DNA from: Bdellovibrionales bacterium RIFOXYD12_FULL_39_22
GTDB lineage: Bacteria > Bdellovibrionota > Bacteriovoracia > Bacteriovoracales > Bacteriovoracaceae
Direction of reading: 5' to 3'
NCBI GenBank assembly: GCA_001770205.1
Contig: MEQL01000015.1
Coordinates: forward strand, 1-52,064
Length of the DNA: 52,064 nucleotides
Shown one piece after another: positions 18,066-28,225 of this stretch; the stretch's first letter is position 1; the number at the start of each line of letters is the position of its first letter. A program made the translations under genes and the position numbers. The notes below the pieces were generated by a model that did no database searches, was not told where the DNA came from, and worked only from the letters and a program-made list of their open reading frames with translations.

Positions 18066-19055
18066 TTAATAATATCGATAGTGATTGAAGTCGAAGAAAC
18101 ATTTGTCATATGTACAGGTAATCGATTTCATATTTTGCAAGAAGTCCAGGCACTCTTTTTTTGAAAATATGTTATGTTCCGCCTTCTGTGTTTCATCAAA
18201 AATTTGATTGAAACAGCGATAGCAATCTCCATTAGAGTCGATAACAATTCTTTCTTTGCCCACATCACAAAGCATGCCGTTAAAACTATTTTGACGATTT
18301 TTCCATAGATATGCGGAGGAGACATAGCTGTGGGTGCCATCACAATAGTTGACCCTTAATCTGTCAATAAAGGAAAAGTCATTTTTTGATAGATTAAGAG
18401 CTTCCGGGCAATTATAGAATTTATCAATATCTTCATATGGCCGAGGAGAGTTTTCTTTAACAGAACCACACAATAGAGGTAAAAGCTCGGTCTTAACTTT
18501 TGGAAAAATTTTCCGCAATATTTTTAGATTTTTAATTATGTCTGTTCGATAATCGTCCTGATACATCACGGCAATTTGGTCTAGCATTTTATATCTATTA
18601 GCGATGACGCAATTATTGAAAAAATCTTCAAAATCGCATTCTGTGTAATGATAAGAGGTAAGGAAAAAAACAGGCCGTGTTTTTCTATGGCCATTAATTC
18701 TGTCACAAAAGAATTGAAATTTTTCTTTCTTTACGGAGAGATTTGTTTGAATTTCTAAAATGCTGTTTCTCTCCAAAGCATCCAAAATACCTTCAACGGC
18801 ATATAGAAAATCAGGGTGAATAGTTGGTTCTCCTCCATATAGAAAAAAACGAATATCTCTATTTAATGCTTTTATTAAATTTTGCAGTCCTTTAATTTCG
18901 AACTGGTCATCTTTTCTGTCATTGTTGTGCATGTCGGTACAGTACCAACAATTGTAGTTACATTTTGAAGTTAGGCGATAATCTACGCAAAAGAGGTCAC
19001 GCTCTTCCGATCCAAAAGAAATCATATTTTTTATTGGCCTGTTTTCTTTAGCCAT
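18066..19055 (-). CDS. Radical SAM protein with C-terminal Cys motif
   Basis: CNYNCWYC, YGGEPTIHP, QTNLS, SYH, CDVG...GDCYRC...CTYDKC. Confidence 0.92.
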   Translation of the reverse strand: MAKENRPIKNMISFGSEERDLFCVDYRLTSKCNYNCWYCTDMHNNDRKDDQFEIKGLQNLIKALNRDIRFFLYGGEPTIHPDFLYAVEGILDALERNSILEIQTNLSVKKEKFQFFCDRINGHRKTRPVFFLTSYHYTECDFEDFFNNCVIANRYKMLDQIAVMYQDDYRTDIIKNLKILRKIFPKVKTELLPLLCGSVKENSPRPYEDIDKFYNCPEALNLSKNDFSFIDRLRVNYCDGTHSYVSSAYLWKNRQNSFNGMLCDVGKERIVIDSNGDCYRCFNQIFDETQKAEHNIFSKKECLDFLQNMKSITCTYDKCFFDFNHYRYY

Positions 19056-19983
19056 CTAGTATGTGCCTTTCCAAGTGGCCTTGGTAGTTTTCGCTGCTTT
19101 CCCTAAATCTGCGCCAATAATTTGGATCACTGTCCGGTGTGTTGTAGTCCACAAAATACCCCATCCACTGAGCTACATGTCTGTCGGCGGGATATTCTTC
19201 ATGCCTTGCGATTTTAAATCTTACTAGGCCCATATCTAAAAACTCTTGCAGTCGTTCTTTTGTGTACCAGTAGTCAAAGTTCTCGACTCCTAAATGGCAT
19301 TGCTTAAGGCATGTTTTTTGAAAAATATGATCATAAAGTTTTCCAAAGGGCGTTACTTTATTTAGCATGCTCAGATACCGGTACATTTGTCCGGCAAGTT
19401 TGCAATATAAGTAACAGTCATTATCGACAACAAGTTCTAGTCTCGATACATCTAAATTTTTGTGTAATTTTTCAAACAGAGGTGGTTCAAGAAGTTCTTT
19501 GGGAATTACAACTATGTTGTATTCGTCTAATTTTTTTTTATAGTAATCCCAAAATTTTTCACCTTTAAGGGCCCAGAGTGTTTCATCTGCATAAGAGGCC
19601 GTAATGGAATAGGAGGTTTCATAATCGGGATAATGAATCTTAATATGACTTCTTAAACTTTCATTACACAAAATAATTCTATTCCCTTTTCTGTAGAATC
19701 GCTCTAGCACTTCATTTCCCAAGGGGTCGTTGAGAGATATTTGGCGATTTGTTAGAGGTATGCTTATGTTTATATTTCTTTCGTAAAAATTTTCAAGGCC
19801 TTCATATTTCATCTTTTCTTTAGTAACAAACCTGCCCCCTCCCCAGGTACACATGCTAATACCATCGTAGACATTAACTTCCCCGTACTTAATTGGGAGA
19901 TTGTCAAAAACTTTTAAGAAAGGTTCTCGTAGTTGGAGTCCGCGGCCAATCTCCCATTTTATTTTTAAATTCCTGTCAGACAA
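19048..19983 (-). CDS. Peptidase U32-like putative Fe-S protein (paralog of 7877-8698)
   Basis: VYDGISMCTWGGGR vs VYDGINECSWNGGR; ELVVDNDCYLYC; RFKIAR. Confidence 0.6.
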   Translation of the reverse strand: MSDRNLKIKWEIGRGLQLREPFLKVFDNLPIKYGEVNVYDGISMCTWGGGRFVTKEKMKYEGLENFYERNINISIPLTNRQISLNDPLGNEVLERFYRKGNRIILCNESLRSHIKIHYPDYETSYSITASYADETLWALKGEKFWDYYKKKLDEYNIVVIPKELLEPPLFEKLHKNLDVSRLELVVDNDCYLYCKLAGQMYRYLSMLNKVTPFGKLYDHIFQKTCLKQCHLGVENFDYWYTKERLQEFLDMGLVRFKIARHEEYPADRHVAQWMGYFVDYNTPDSDPNYWRRFRESSENYQGHLERHILDG

Positions 19984-20045
19984 TTAATAATTCCTTTTAT
20001 TGATTCTTGCCCATAAGCTCAGGCACTGTTTCTAACTTATGTAGT

Positions 20046-20879
20046 CTATATTTTATTCAAATCATAATGCTTATCCATAAAAATTTTATCATCATACACT
20101 CTGGCCAGTCTGTAATAAATCAATTTGAGAAGTTTAATCTTTTCCTTACTGTAATTAAGAAAATTAAATAGTAGAAGTTCATCTCTTATTCTTTTGCTTG
20201 AATCACTTTCATACCCAGGGCCAAAATTGGGAAAATCAATAACGATTGAATCTAAATCACACATAACAATTTTGTCGCCATTAACAAGTAAATTCGCGGG
20301 CCTAATATCGATACAGGAGAGACCCTCTTTAATTGTTTCGTTGCCACTATATTTTTCAAGAATGAGCTCTGCCACGGCCTGTTCATCACTATTAAAATAT
20401 TCTAGCTCAAGCAATTTTTTTAGAGGTATTTCATCAAAATCGTTAATTATGGAATTCATCTGAATTAGCATTTTAACAAAATTTCTAATAAAACTGCAGT
20501 TGTCAAAATCTTCCAAGGTACTCTCCCTATAATCGGAATACCATTTAAAAATTAAACAACTTTCTAGATTATGCTCTAATTTTATAAAAAAATTAAAATG
20601 ATTCATGCAGGTGAAATAATTCTCGTAATAAAGATTTTTTGAGAGAGGGCCCCCACCAAGCGTTAAGATATTTTTAATATAACTTTTAGGAACAACTTTG
20701 TATTTTTCTCCATTTTTGTTAAACACAAATTTTCCAAGCTCAAATTTTTTTGAAGTATCTATATCTTTGAGCGTTATATTTAAATCAGTGAGTCTATTTA
20801 TTTCTTCTAAATAGTTGCCAGCACTTTGAAGTGCTTTTATATATTTTATATCCATCCTGTTGTTCATAGAAAATGCCAA
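20046..20879 (-). CDS. Protein-kinase-like/phosphotransferase fold protein
   Basis: CIDIRPANLLV...IVMCDLDS (catalytic DxxxxN and DxD). Confidence 0.65.
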   Translation of the reverse strand: MAFSMNNRMDIKYIKALQSAGNYLEEINRLTDLNITLKDIDTSKKFELGKFVFNKNGEKYKVVPKSYIKNILTLGGGPLSKNLYYENYFTCMNHFNFFIKLEHNLESCLIFKWYSDYRESTLEDFDNCSFIRNFVKMLIQMNSIINDFDEIPLKKLLELEYFNSDEQAVAELILEKYSGNETIKEGLSCIDIRPANLLVNGDKIVMCDLDSIVIDFPNFGPGYESDSSKRIRDELLLFNFLNYSKEKIKLLKLIYYRLARVYDDKIFMDKHYDLNKI

Positions 20880-20885
20880 ATGAGG

Positions 20886-21914
20886 TTAGTAGTTTCTTAT
20901 ACTTGATTTTTCTTCATGCAATCTTTTCGCTTGTTTGCATATCAACTCACAATTTTCATTACAAACAGGAATTTTGTGTTTAACAAGGCGGTCCCAAAAA
21001 TCCTCATAATGATTATTAAGTATTGTCATTATGTCGTAATGATAGATATTTATTTTATCCAGATCTTTTGAAAATGAGTAAGGCTCAGAAACATACTCAC
21101 CGGCCAGGCAGCAGGGAGAAACATATCCAAAGGCATCAATGAATGCACCTTGAGTATCCAATGCCTCGCACTCAATTGTAAATTTCTTTCTTTTGCCAAG
21201 GGCCTTCACCAGCCTACTTTCAAGATTATTATCAAGGCTAAACTCGTCAGTCCTTTTTTTTCTTCTATCGCTACCTTCTGAAACAAATAAGTCCCATGGC
21301 TCGTGTGCTACAAAGCGGGTAAATCCGTTATGCTGGCCAAGTTTTATTGCCTTAGAGAGGTGACAAACATTGTATCCAAAAGTAATAAATTTCCATACTG
21401 TTTCGCAGCTTCCTGCTTTTAAAGACGCATGGTTATTTAAAACTGTATTGAAGTTGCCATTTTTTCTATATCTAGAGTATGTTTCTTGATCTATACCATC
21501 CAACGCAAAGACAACGGTGTCACTTTTGGTGAGAATGCTTCCAAGATCACGCCACCACGTCTCTGGATGATTATTGCCGTTGGTCTCAATTTCGATTGCA
21601 ATTTCTCTCGATTTTAAAAATTTTATTATCTCAAGAAAATCAGGATGAAGGGTTGGCTCTCCCTGTATTCCACATAGTAATATAAACCGAATTGGCAGCG
21701 AAGATATCAATCTAAAAATAATCTCACTATTTAGAGAATGCCCGTATGGCCTTTTTGATGTGATTTCTTGAAAGCTTTGAAATACATGTGGAGCATTTCT
21801 TGAACATGATGGGCAAGCAAGCGAACAATTCTTTGTTAGTTCAATATGAAGATTTTTAATATCCCCGTATTTCACAATACTCAATCCATTTGTAGAAGTT
21901 TGTTTTGGCCTCAC
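20886..21914 (-). CDS. Radical SAM protein with Twitch/SPASM domain
   Basis: CSLACPSCSR, CGIQGEP, ETNG, FALDG, C...GYVSPCC...CNENC. Confidence 0.92.
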   Translation of the reverse strand: MRPKQTSTNGLSIVKYGDIKNLHIELTKNCSLACPSCSRNAPHVFQSFQEITSKRPYGHSLNSEIIFRLISSLPIRFILLCGIQGEPTLHPDFLEIIKFLKSREIAIEIETNGNNHPETWWRDLGSILTKSDTVVFALDGIDQETYSRYRKNGNFNTVLNNHASLKAGSCETVWKFITFGYNVCHLSKAIKLGQHNGFTRFVAHEPWDLFVSEGSDRRKKRTDEFSLDNNLESRLVKALGKRKKFTIECEALDTQGAFIDAFGYVSPCCLAGEYVSEPYSFSKDLDKINIYHYDIMTILNNHYEDFWDRLVKHKIPVCNENCELICKQAKRLHEEKSSIRNY

Positions 21915-22062
21915 TCTTTGTCAATTTTGCTTAAAGAAACCCCAGGTGTCAATGGAACCATTTGATGTCGTGGTTTACAATAGCAGAGATACATTTTACA
22001 ATTAATGGCCACAATAATTGCGATGGGCAATTAATATAATGGCCAATAATGCCAGGAAAGTA

Positions 22063-22959
22063 ATGCAAAATTTTAACTCCAGTACCCAATTCGATTTGGT
22101 TGGTAATGATAGTGAAGCATTAGATATTAATTGGGCGCTAACAAATTATTGTAACTACGACTGTAGTTACTGCTACAATAAAACATTAATGAGGCGTACT
22201 CCCAATAAGAATGCCGAATACAAAGTCATACTTAAAAGATTGAAAATGTGTCAGGTTTGTTTTGATATTTTACTAGACGGAGGAGAGCCGACGAAGCATC
22301 CCAATTTACAATTCATTCTAGAGGAACTCGAGAAAATCGATAACTGTAAACAGATTGAGGTTCATACAAATTTCACCGAGTCTATCGATTATTACTATAA
22401 CTTAAGAAATATAACAAAGTTGAATATAAAAGCATCATATCATCCTGAATATCATTATAATTTCATAGAAAAATTAAAAATGGCAATAGCGGAAAAGAAA
22501 AATAATTTTATGGTGTCAGTAAATCTGAGTTCAGATAAAAAATTTTGGAATAAAACCGAAGAAGTTATTATATTCTGTCAAACACATGCTGTCGGTTACG
22601 AGCTAAACTATTTGCATGATACAGAAAATGTTAAAATTGGTTACACGGAGCAGTTTTTCAAAATCTTCGATCAATATATAACAAATAGGGACGGGGCCAT
22701 TGTGCATGTTATTGACAATAAGATTTATAATTTTACCGAATCAAAAATTTATCAATTGGGTTTGACATACAAGGGGATGAGTTGTTTTCCAAGAATGTAC
22801 AGAATAGAAAGTAATGGGGAAATTATAAATGGCTGTAACGGTATAAAACTTCCCCTTGTTATAAAAAAAGAGCACGTTAACCAAGCATACATTTGCCCTC
22901 ATGAAATTTGTAGTTGTAGCGAGATGCTCTTTTTTAAGCGCACCAAGAAATATCAATAA
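22063..22959 (+). CDS. Radical SAM protein (paralog of 6965-7858)
   Basis: CNYDCSYC, GGEPT, long identical stretches (RLKMCQV, GMSC, PRMYRIES); start chosen by alignment with the paralog. Confidence 0.92.
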   Translation: MQNFNSSTQFDLVGNDSEALDINWALTNYCNYDCSYCYNKTLMRRTPNKNAEYKVILKRLKMCQVCFDILLDGGEPTKHPNLQFILEELEKIDNCKQIEVHTNFTESIDYYYNLRNITKLNIKASYHPEYHYNFIEKLKMAIAEKKNNFMVSVNLSSDKKFWNKTEEVIIFCQTHAVGYELNYLHDTENVKIGYTEQFFKIFDQYITNRDGAIVHVIDNKIYNFTESKIYQLGLTYKGMSCFPRMYRIESNGEIINGCNGIKLPLVIKKEHVNQAYICPHEICSCSEMLFFKRTKKYQ

Positions 22960-23136
22960 GTTTAAGGACATTAACGGGGGCGCACAACAGTGATTTGTAT
23001 CTTGGACTGATGGCCACATGTCGCAAACTAGGCATCAGTTCTGGTGAATTATTAAAAGATCGATTTTATCATATTGATAAGATTCCAGTACTTGCGGAAG
23101 TTATACTGGCAGCGCCATAGCTTTTTGAGCAATTAC
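22947..23136 (+). mobile_element. IS66-family remnant (transposase C-terminus plus right end)
   Basis: Frame ending TAG 23120 reads SLRTLTGAHNSDLYLGLMATCRKLGISSGELLKDR...IPVLAEVI, like IS66 C-termini (RSxxG...D.FL.L..TCRKLGIS); followed by TTTGAGCAATTAC (GTAA-type terminal repeat). Confidence 0.7.
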
Positions 23137-23235
23137 AATAAGGTAGCATTCCACAATTTTTTAACACTTTTCAAGTATTATGAAGCTGCACCACAAAATC
23201 AGATAAAAAATGATTCTTAACGAGGATGAGGTTTT

Positions 23236-24981
23236 ATGGAATCGCAAATTAACAATACAAGTAAATTAAAAATTAAAGTGGGAATAAGAATGGGCATTTT
23301 AACTCTTCTGCTTGTTGCTTTTGCTCAGGCAGAAGAATTTTTTCCACCTCCTCCAGGGCTCGGAATGTCAATGAGTGATGACCAAAAAGCAATCATGGAA
23401 TCTATGAGACAACATCAAGAACTCCGTCCAGAGATTGCCCGTATTATTGAATCTGCAGGAGGCCCTGAAAAAGCGATGAGTAATCCAGAAGTGAATAGTA
23501 AAATAAAGGCCTTGTTGGTAGAGAAGACAATTCCAAAAGCATCAACTTCCAAACCGGAAGAGAAGAAAGAAGAAAAAAAGGAAGAGAAAAAAGAAAATAT
23601 TACAGCAGACGAGTGTAAAGATGGTTGTTCTAAAAATCTAAAGTCAATTATTACTAATTTACGGGCAATCAGAGGTGATAGTAATGAATATGTTCGACTA
23701 GATGGAAAAATACCTACTGTATGTAGAGATAAAATTTCATTAGCGGTTAACTGCATTTCAAAAGACAATATAATTAAATTTCAATTTACAGAGATTGTTA
23801 AAGATGGGTTCCGTTGTCTCAATGAAAACAAAGCAAAGTGCCTAGATGATTCTAAAGAGGAGTGTTTAACCATCTATAAGCTATTTATGGAAGATGCAAA
23901 AAAATTTGATTCTAAAATATCTGTATCAACAGAAAATGAGACATGTAAAAACATGCATTTTGAGAATGTAAAAATTGGAGTACAGGGAAAATTATTTTCG
24001 GAAACAGATGAATTTCTAGCTGCTAAAATACAATCACAAAGCGACGATGATTTTTGTGTTCTATGCGTAGACTCTGAGCATTCCGAGATTGAACAGTTGC
24101 AGTCAGAAGTGAATAAACTCAAACAAATTATAGACAAGCAGCAGCAAGATTTATCTCATCCTGTTGTTAGTGAAAAGGTGGGGCCACCCAACGCCAATTC
24201 AAGTGCTTTGGAAAAAGCTGTACCGTCAAATGCTCCACCAATGGCGTTAGTTAAGTCAGAGATCCATCCACCCAAAGAGCGTCCTGAAGGAGATAAGCAA
24301 GACAAACCTCGGAAAAAAAATAGATCAAAGAAATGTCCTCCTATTCCTGGCGATGATGAAGAAATGGGCCCTCCGTTTGGTGATGATTTTGCGATGGATG
24401 ATGAATTTCAAGATGCTCTTGATAGCGAAATGAAAAAGTGTAAGAAGCAAGGAAAATTTAAGCGAAAAAGACCTAGTAAGTCAATGATTAGGGGTGGTGG
24501 AGATCGAAGAGAAATGATGGAAATGAACCCAAGTATGGGCATGGGATCTGACAATATGAATTCATCTGGTCCTTCAAATAATAATATGGCCTCAATGATG
24601 AATTCGATGATGCCTCAGAGTAGCATAGGTTATGGCAGCATGGGATCAATGATGGGCCATGGCAATACAGGTTCAATGATAGATTATAGTAAGCTTAGCT
24701 CAATGATAGATTATAGTAAGCTTAGCTCAATGATAGATTATAGTAAGCTTAGCTCAATGATAGATTATAGTAAGCTTGGCTCAATGATAAATTATAACAA
24801 TATGGGCCCAACAATGGGCCATGGCAATATTGGTTTAATGATGAATTATAACAACATAGGTTCAACAATGGGTTACGGCAGCAGAGGTTTTTCTTTGTTA
24901 GGTAATGAAAGCTACAATTTAAATTCATATTACAATGGAAATCAGGAAGGATCTGGGTATAATTTTGGTAGGAGTTATTAA
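23236..24981 (+). CDS. Secreted hypothetical protein with Cys-containing core and Met/Gly/Ser-rich repetitive tail
   Basis: Signal-like [16 protein letters not shown] repeats; SMIDYSKLS repeats. Confidence 0.75.
24673..24780 (+). repeat. 27-bp tandem repeat x4 (in frame, SMIDYSKLS)
   Basis: TCAATGATAGATTATAGTAAGCTTAGC at 24673, 24700, 24727 and, with one mismatch, 24754; degenerate copies on both sides. Confidence 0.95.
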
Positions 24982-25030
24982 TATATTACTATGAAGAATA
25001 GTTTTTGTTTGTGCTCTAGGAGATTATATT

Positions 25031-25705
25031 ATGATTCATATTTTACTAGTTGAAGATGATCAGATGATAGCAAGGGGTATTCAAATCAATCTTGAGTTGG
25101 AGGGATATAAATTTTCATTGGCAGAGAATTTAAAAATGGCCTTTGATATTAATCAAACTGAAAAAATCAATTTGGTTGTTTTAGATATTGGCCTCCCTGA
25201 CGGAAGTGGTTTTGAGTTTTTAAAAAAAATACGAGGCTCAGGTTCTAGGTTGCCAATTATTATTTTAACTGCCCAAACTGATGAAGACTTTGTGGTGGAA
25301 GGCCTTCAACTTGGAGCAAATGATTACATGAGAAAGCCATTTGGTAACAAAGAACTACTTGCTAGAATAAAAACAGCACTTAAAGAACCCCAGAGAAGAG
25401 ATCGTCAACTTAGGTTTGAAGATTTACTTATTATTATTGAAAAACGGAAAGTCATGTTTGGTGAAACTCTCATTGATTTGAATCCTCGAGAATTTGATAT
25501 ATTGCTTTATATGATTGAACGGGCAGATAGCATCATTACGAGAGAATCATTGCTCCAAGTTTTTGATAAAGATGGTGAAATATTTGATCGCACTATCGAT
25601 TCTCATGTAAGTCATCTGCGGGCAAGTCTAAAAAAGATGGGTGTAACCTCAATTAAAATTTCCTCTGTCTATGGAATTGGATATCGATTGGAGAAAGCAC
25701 TATGA
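25031..25705 (+). CDS. OmpR-family response regulator
   Basis: LLVEDD, LDIGLPDGSG, GANDYMRKPF, RTIDSHVSHLR, VYGIGYR. Confidence 0.95.
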   Translation: MIHILLVEDDQMIARGIQINLELEGYKFSLAENLKMAFDINQTEKINLVVLDIGLPDGSGFEFLKKIRGSGSRLPIIILTAQTDEDFVVEGLQLGANDYMRKPFGNKELLARIKTALKEPQRRDRQLRFEDLLIIIEKRKVMFGETLIDLNPREFDILLYMIERADSIITRESLLQVFDKDGEIFDRTIDSHVSHLRASLKKMGVTSIKISSVYGIGYRLEKAL

Positions 25706-27234
25706 AAATTAATATTTTCCAAAAGTATTTTATCTTTGCTATTGCAAGTGTCATCACTTTTATCGTGCTAGGTTTTTATTTTAATATGTTTTTAACGAAT
25801 ATTTTGGCCCATCCATCGACACTCTCTCAAATGCCTTCTAGAACTTTTATGGCAAAGCTTGTTGATCGACTAGCACCTGTCGACAAAGTTAGTGCGCTAC
25901 AAGAATTGGAGAAAATGCAAGAAGGCCAATTTTGGGGGCCTACACTTGTTTTGCTAGATGCGAGCGGTAATGTTTTGTATCCTAAAGAATTCAAAATTAA
26001 TATTGATTGGAATAAGGTTATAAAGCCGCAACGCCCATATGAAGTTACGATCATCCAGGAAAAACCAGAAAAATTTTCGCATTCCGCTGATCCGTTTGCC
26101 ATTAAGGATTCTGAGATGCATCCACCTCCACCATGGGGGCCATGGAAAGATATGATGAGTCAGTCTAATTTGATTAGATTAGCAGGAGAACCTGCAATGT
26201 ACCTTTATGAGCAATCCCCTCTTTTGGCCAATCAAAATGCGAAAGCTAGGATCAATTGGCAACCACCTAGGCCACCATCACCATTTTGGGGAACGATTTC
26301 ATTGTTGGTATCACTCATCTTGGGGATTGCTGTTACCCTTTCAGCGATTTATTACTCTGTTAATAAAAATGTAAAACAGGCAGATCTCGTTATTTCGGAA
26401 CTACAGAAAGGAAACCTTAAGGCAAGATTTCAAGTAACGCGCAAAGATGAATTTGGGCAGGCCATGCTTAGATTTAATCACATGGCAGATGAAATTGAAA
26501 AGTTGGTAGAGCACCTTAAATCGGTGGAGCGAGCAAGAACCAAGCTATTGCAAGAACTTGCCCACGATCTTAGAACTCCCATCACCTCTTTGAAAAATTT
26601 GTTGGAAACACTAAGCCTTAAAGGAGATCGGCTTGATCAGAGTGTTAAGACAGAATTAATTACTCTTTCTCTACGAGAAGTTGAATATTTTGAGAGGTTG
26701 GTGGAAGATTTGTTGTTTTTGGCAAAAGTTGAGGGGCCCAAATATCAACAAAATAGCTCAGCCGTTTTAATTGGAGAGGTGTTGCAAGAAGAAATAGATC
26801 AGGTTTTTCTCCGACACAAACATCAAGGATCAAATATTAAAATTATCTCAAATATGATGGATATGGAATCTGAAATTTTGGCCGATGACTATTTACTGCA
26901 CAGACTCTTTAGAAATGCACTGGAGAATGCTCATTCATTTGCCGTGTCAGAAGTTCAAGTCAGTTGTGTAAAAGATAATGGGAATGGAGCAGTTATTATT
27001 ACAATTGATGATGATGGGCCAGGTTTCTCGTTAGAAAGTTTAAAGGCATTTGGAGAGCGACGATTCAGTAGGCAATTGCAAAAAGATAAAAACGGAAGAC
27101 TTTCTGTTGGACTTGGATCAGTTGTTATGAAAACAATTTGCAATGCGTATGATGCAAAATTAAAGGTATCGAATAGGATAGATAGCAGCGGAAAAATCGT
27201 TGGTGCTCATCTTGAGATTGCTTTTTCTGCTTGA
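25702..27234 (+). CDS. Sensor histidine kinase (2 TM, HAMP, HisKA, HATPase)
   Basis: DEFGQAM HAMP, LAHDLRTP, NALENA, DDDGPG. Confidence 0.93.
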   Translation: MKINIFQKYFIFAIASVITFIVLGFYFNMFLTNILAHPSTLSQMPSRTFMAKLVDRLAPVDKVSALQELEKMQEGQFWGPTLVLLDASGNVLYPKEFKINIDWNKVIKPQRPYEVTIIQEKPEKFSHSADPFAIKDSEMHPPPPWGPWKDMMSQSNLIRLAGEPAMYLYEQSPLLANQNAKARINWQPPRPPSPFWGTISLLVSLILGIAVTLSAIYYSVNKNVKQADLVISELQKGNLKARFQVTRKDEFGQAMLRFNHMADEIEKLVEHLKSVERARTKLLQELAHDLRTPITSLKNLLETLSLKGDRLDQSVKTELITLSLREVEYFERLVEDLLFLAKVEGPKYQQNSSAVLIGEVLQEEIDQVFLRHKHQGSNIKIISNMMDMESEILADDYLLHRLFRNALENAHSFAVSEVQVSCVKDNGNGAVIITIDDDGPGFSLESLKAFGERRFSRQLQKDKNGRLSVGLGSVVMKTICNAYDAKLKVSNRIDSSGKIVGAHLEIAFSA

Positions 27235-27367
27235 CCTATAAGAAGATGTCGTTTTCCAGTAATGATATCCTGGTGCAATGTTAGTTGCCTTTCGAAAGGT
27301 CAGAGATCAACTCCTCGAGCGTATTACAAAGTGGTTTTGATCAGTTACCATATTAAATTCAAAAACA

Positions 27368-28225
27368 ATGTCTTTTTATTTTTGTAATATAGCAACCAGT
27401 GCATGGTGGTTGAAAAAATGTAAAATTAGTGTTGTCCCGAATGAATTTTTTTTATATACCTACTGTGTGGAATCAATAACAAGCATAAGTAATAAGTCAG
27501 AATGCCATCTATATGAGCGAATAGAAGAGCTTGAAAAACGAGAAATTAATCGAACAAAACAACTTCGTTCTCTATCGGTAGAGTTATCTATGATTGAGGA
27601 ACGACAGCGAAGATCAATTGCTTCCGATTTGCATGATCATGTCGGGCAGGCATTGGCCATTGTAAAATTCAAAATTCAAGAGCTACAAGGAAACAATATT
27701 TTTGATCCATTTTGTGAAACACTAGGAGAGCTGGAAACACTCGTTGAACAGATTATTCGCTATACCCGCTCATTAACGATTGAACTGGCACCGCCAATTC
27801 TCTATGAATTGGGTATTGATGCTGCAATTGAATGGCTATGTTCCCAAACAAAAAAGAAACATAAAAAGCTAAAATTTATTATAAAAAATGATAAAACTAT
27901 TAAACATTTAACTGATGATGTTAAAATTATTCTTTTTAGATCCGTTAGTGAAATTATCCAAAATATTATAAAGCATGCTAATGCTACCCACGTCATTATT
28001 GAGACCAAGCAGGAAAATGGTCAAATTGTAATTACCATAAGTGATAATGGCCAAGGATTTGGGCCATCAAAAATTGAAACTAATTCAAATAAAACCTTTG
28101 GACTTTTTAGTATTAGAGAACGAATCAATTATTTAGAAGGAACATTTAAGATTGAATCGCGCAATGGTGCAGGCACAAAAATTTTAATGGCAGTAGATTT
28201 AGAAAATAAGGTAGATAGAATATGA
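27368..28225 (+). CDS. NarX/UhpB-type (HisKA_3) histidine kinase with no evident input domain
   Basis: EERQRRSIASDLHDHVGQ, NIIKHA, SDNGQGF, FGLFSIRER; start uncertain. Confidence 0.88.
   Translation: MSFYFCNIATSAWWLKKCKISVVPNEFFLYTYCVESITSISNKSECHLYERIEELEKREINRTKQLRSLSVELSMIEERQRRSIASDLHDHVGQALAIVKFKIQELQGNNIFDPFCETLGELETLVEQIIRYTRSLTIELAPPILYELGIDAAIEWLCSQTKKKHKKLKFIIKNDKTIKHLTDDVKIILFRSVSEIIQNIIKHANATHVIIETKQENGQIVITISDNGQGFGPSKIETNSNKTFGLFSIRERINYLEGTFKIESRNGAGTKILMAVDLENKVDRI

Noticed and set aside
6010..22959. Assigning rSAM genes to MoaA, PqqE, QueE or NifB pathways
   Set aside because: No partner genes of those pathways are in the window, so gene symbols were left blank
271..23136. 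Intact prophage
   Set aside because: No integrase, terminase, portal, capsid, sheath or lysis genes recognised
24673..24807. 27-bp repeats as a CRISPR array
   Set aside because: Units are contiguous with no spacers, in frame within a CDS, and no cas genes are present
27235..27367. GCCTTTCGAAAGGT hairpin as a riboswitch
   Set aside because: Only a short stem-loop; the other conserved elements of c-di-GMP or other known riboswitches were not found
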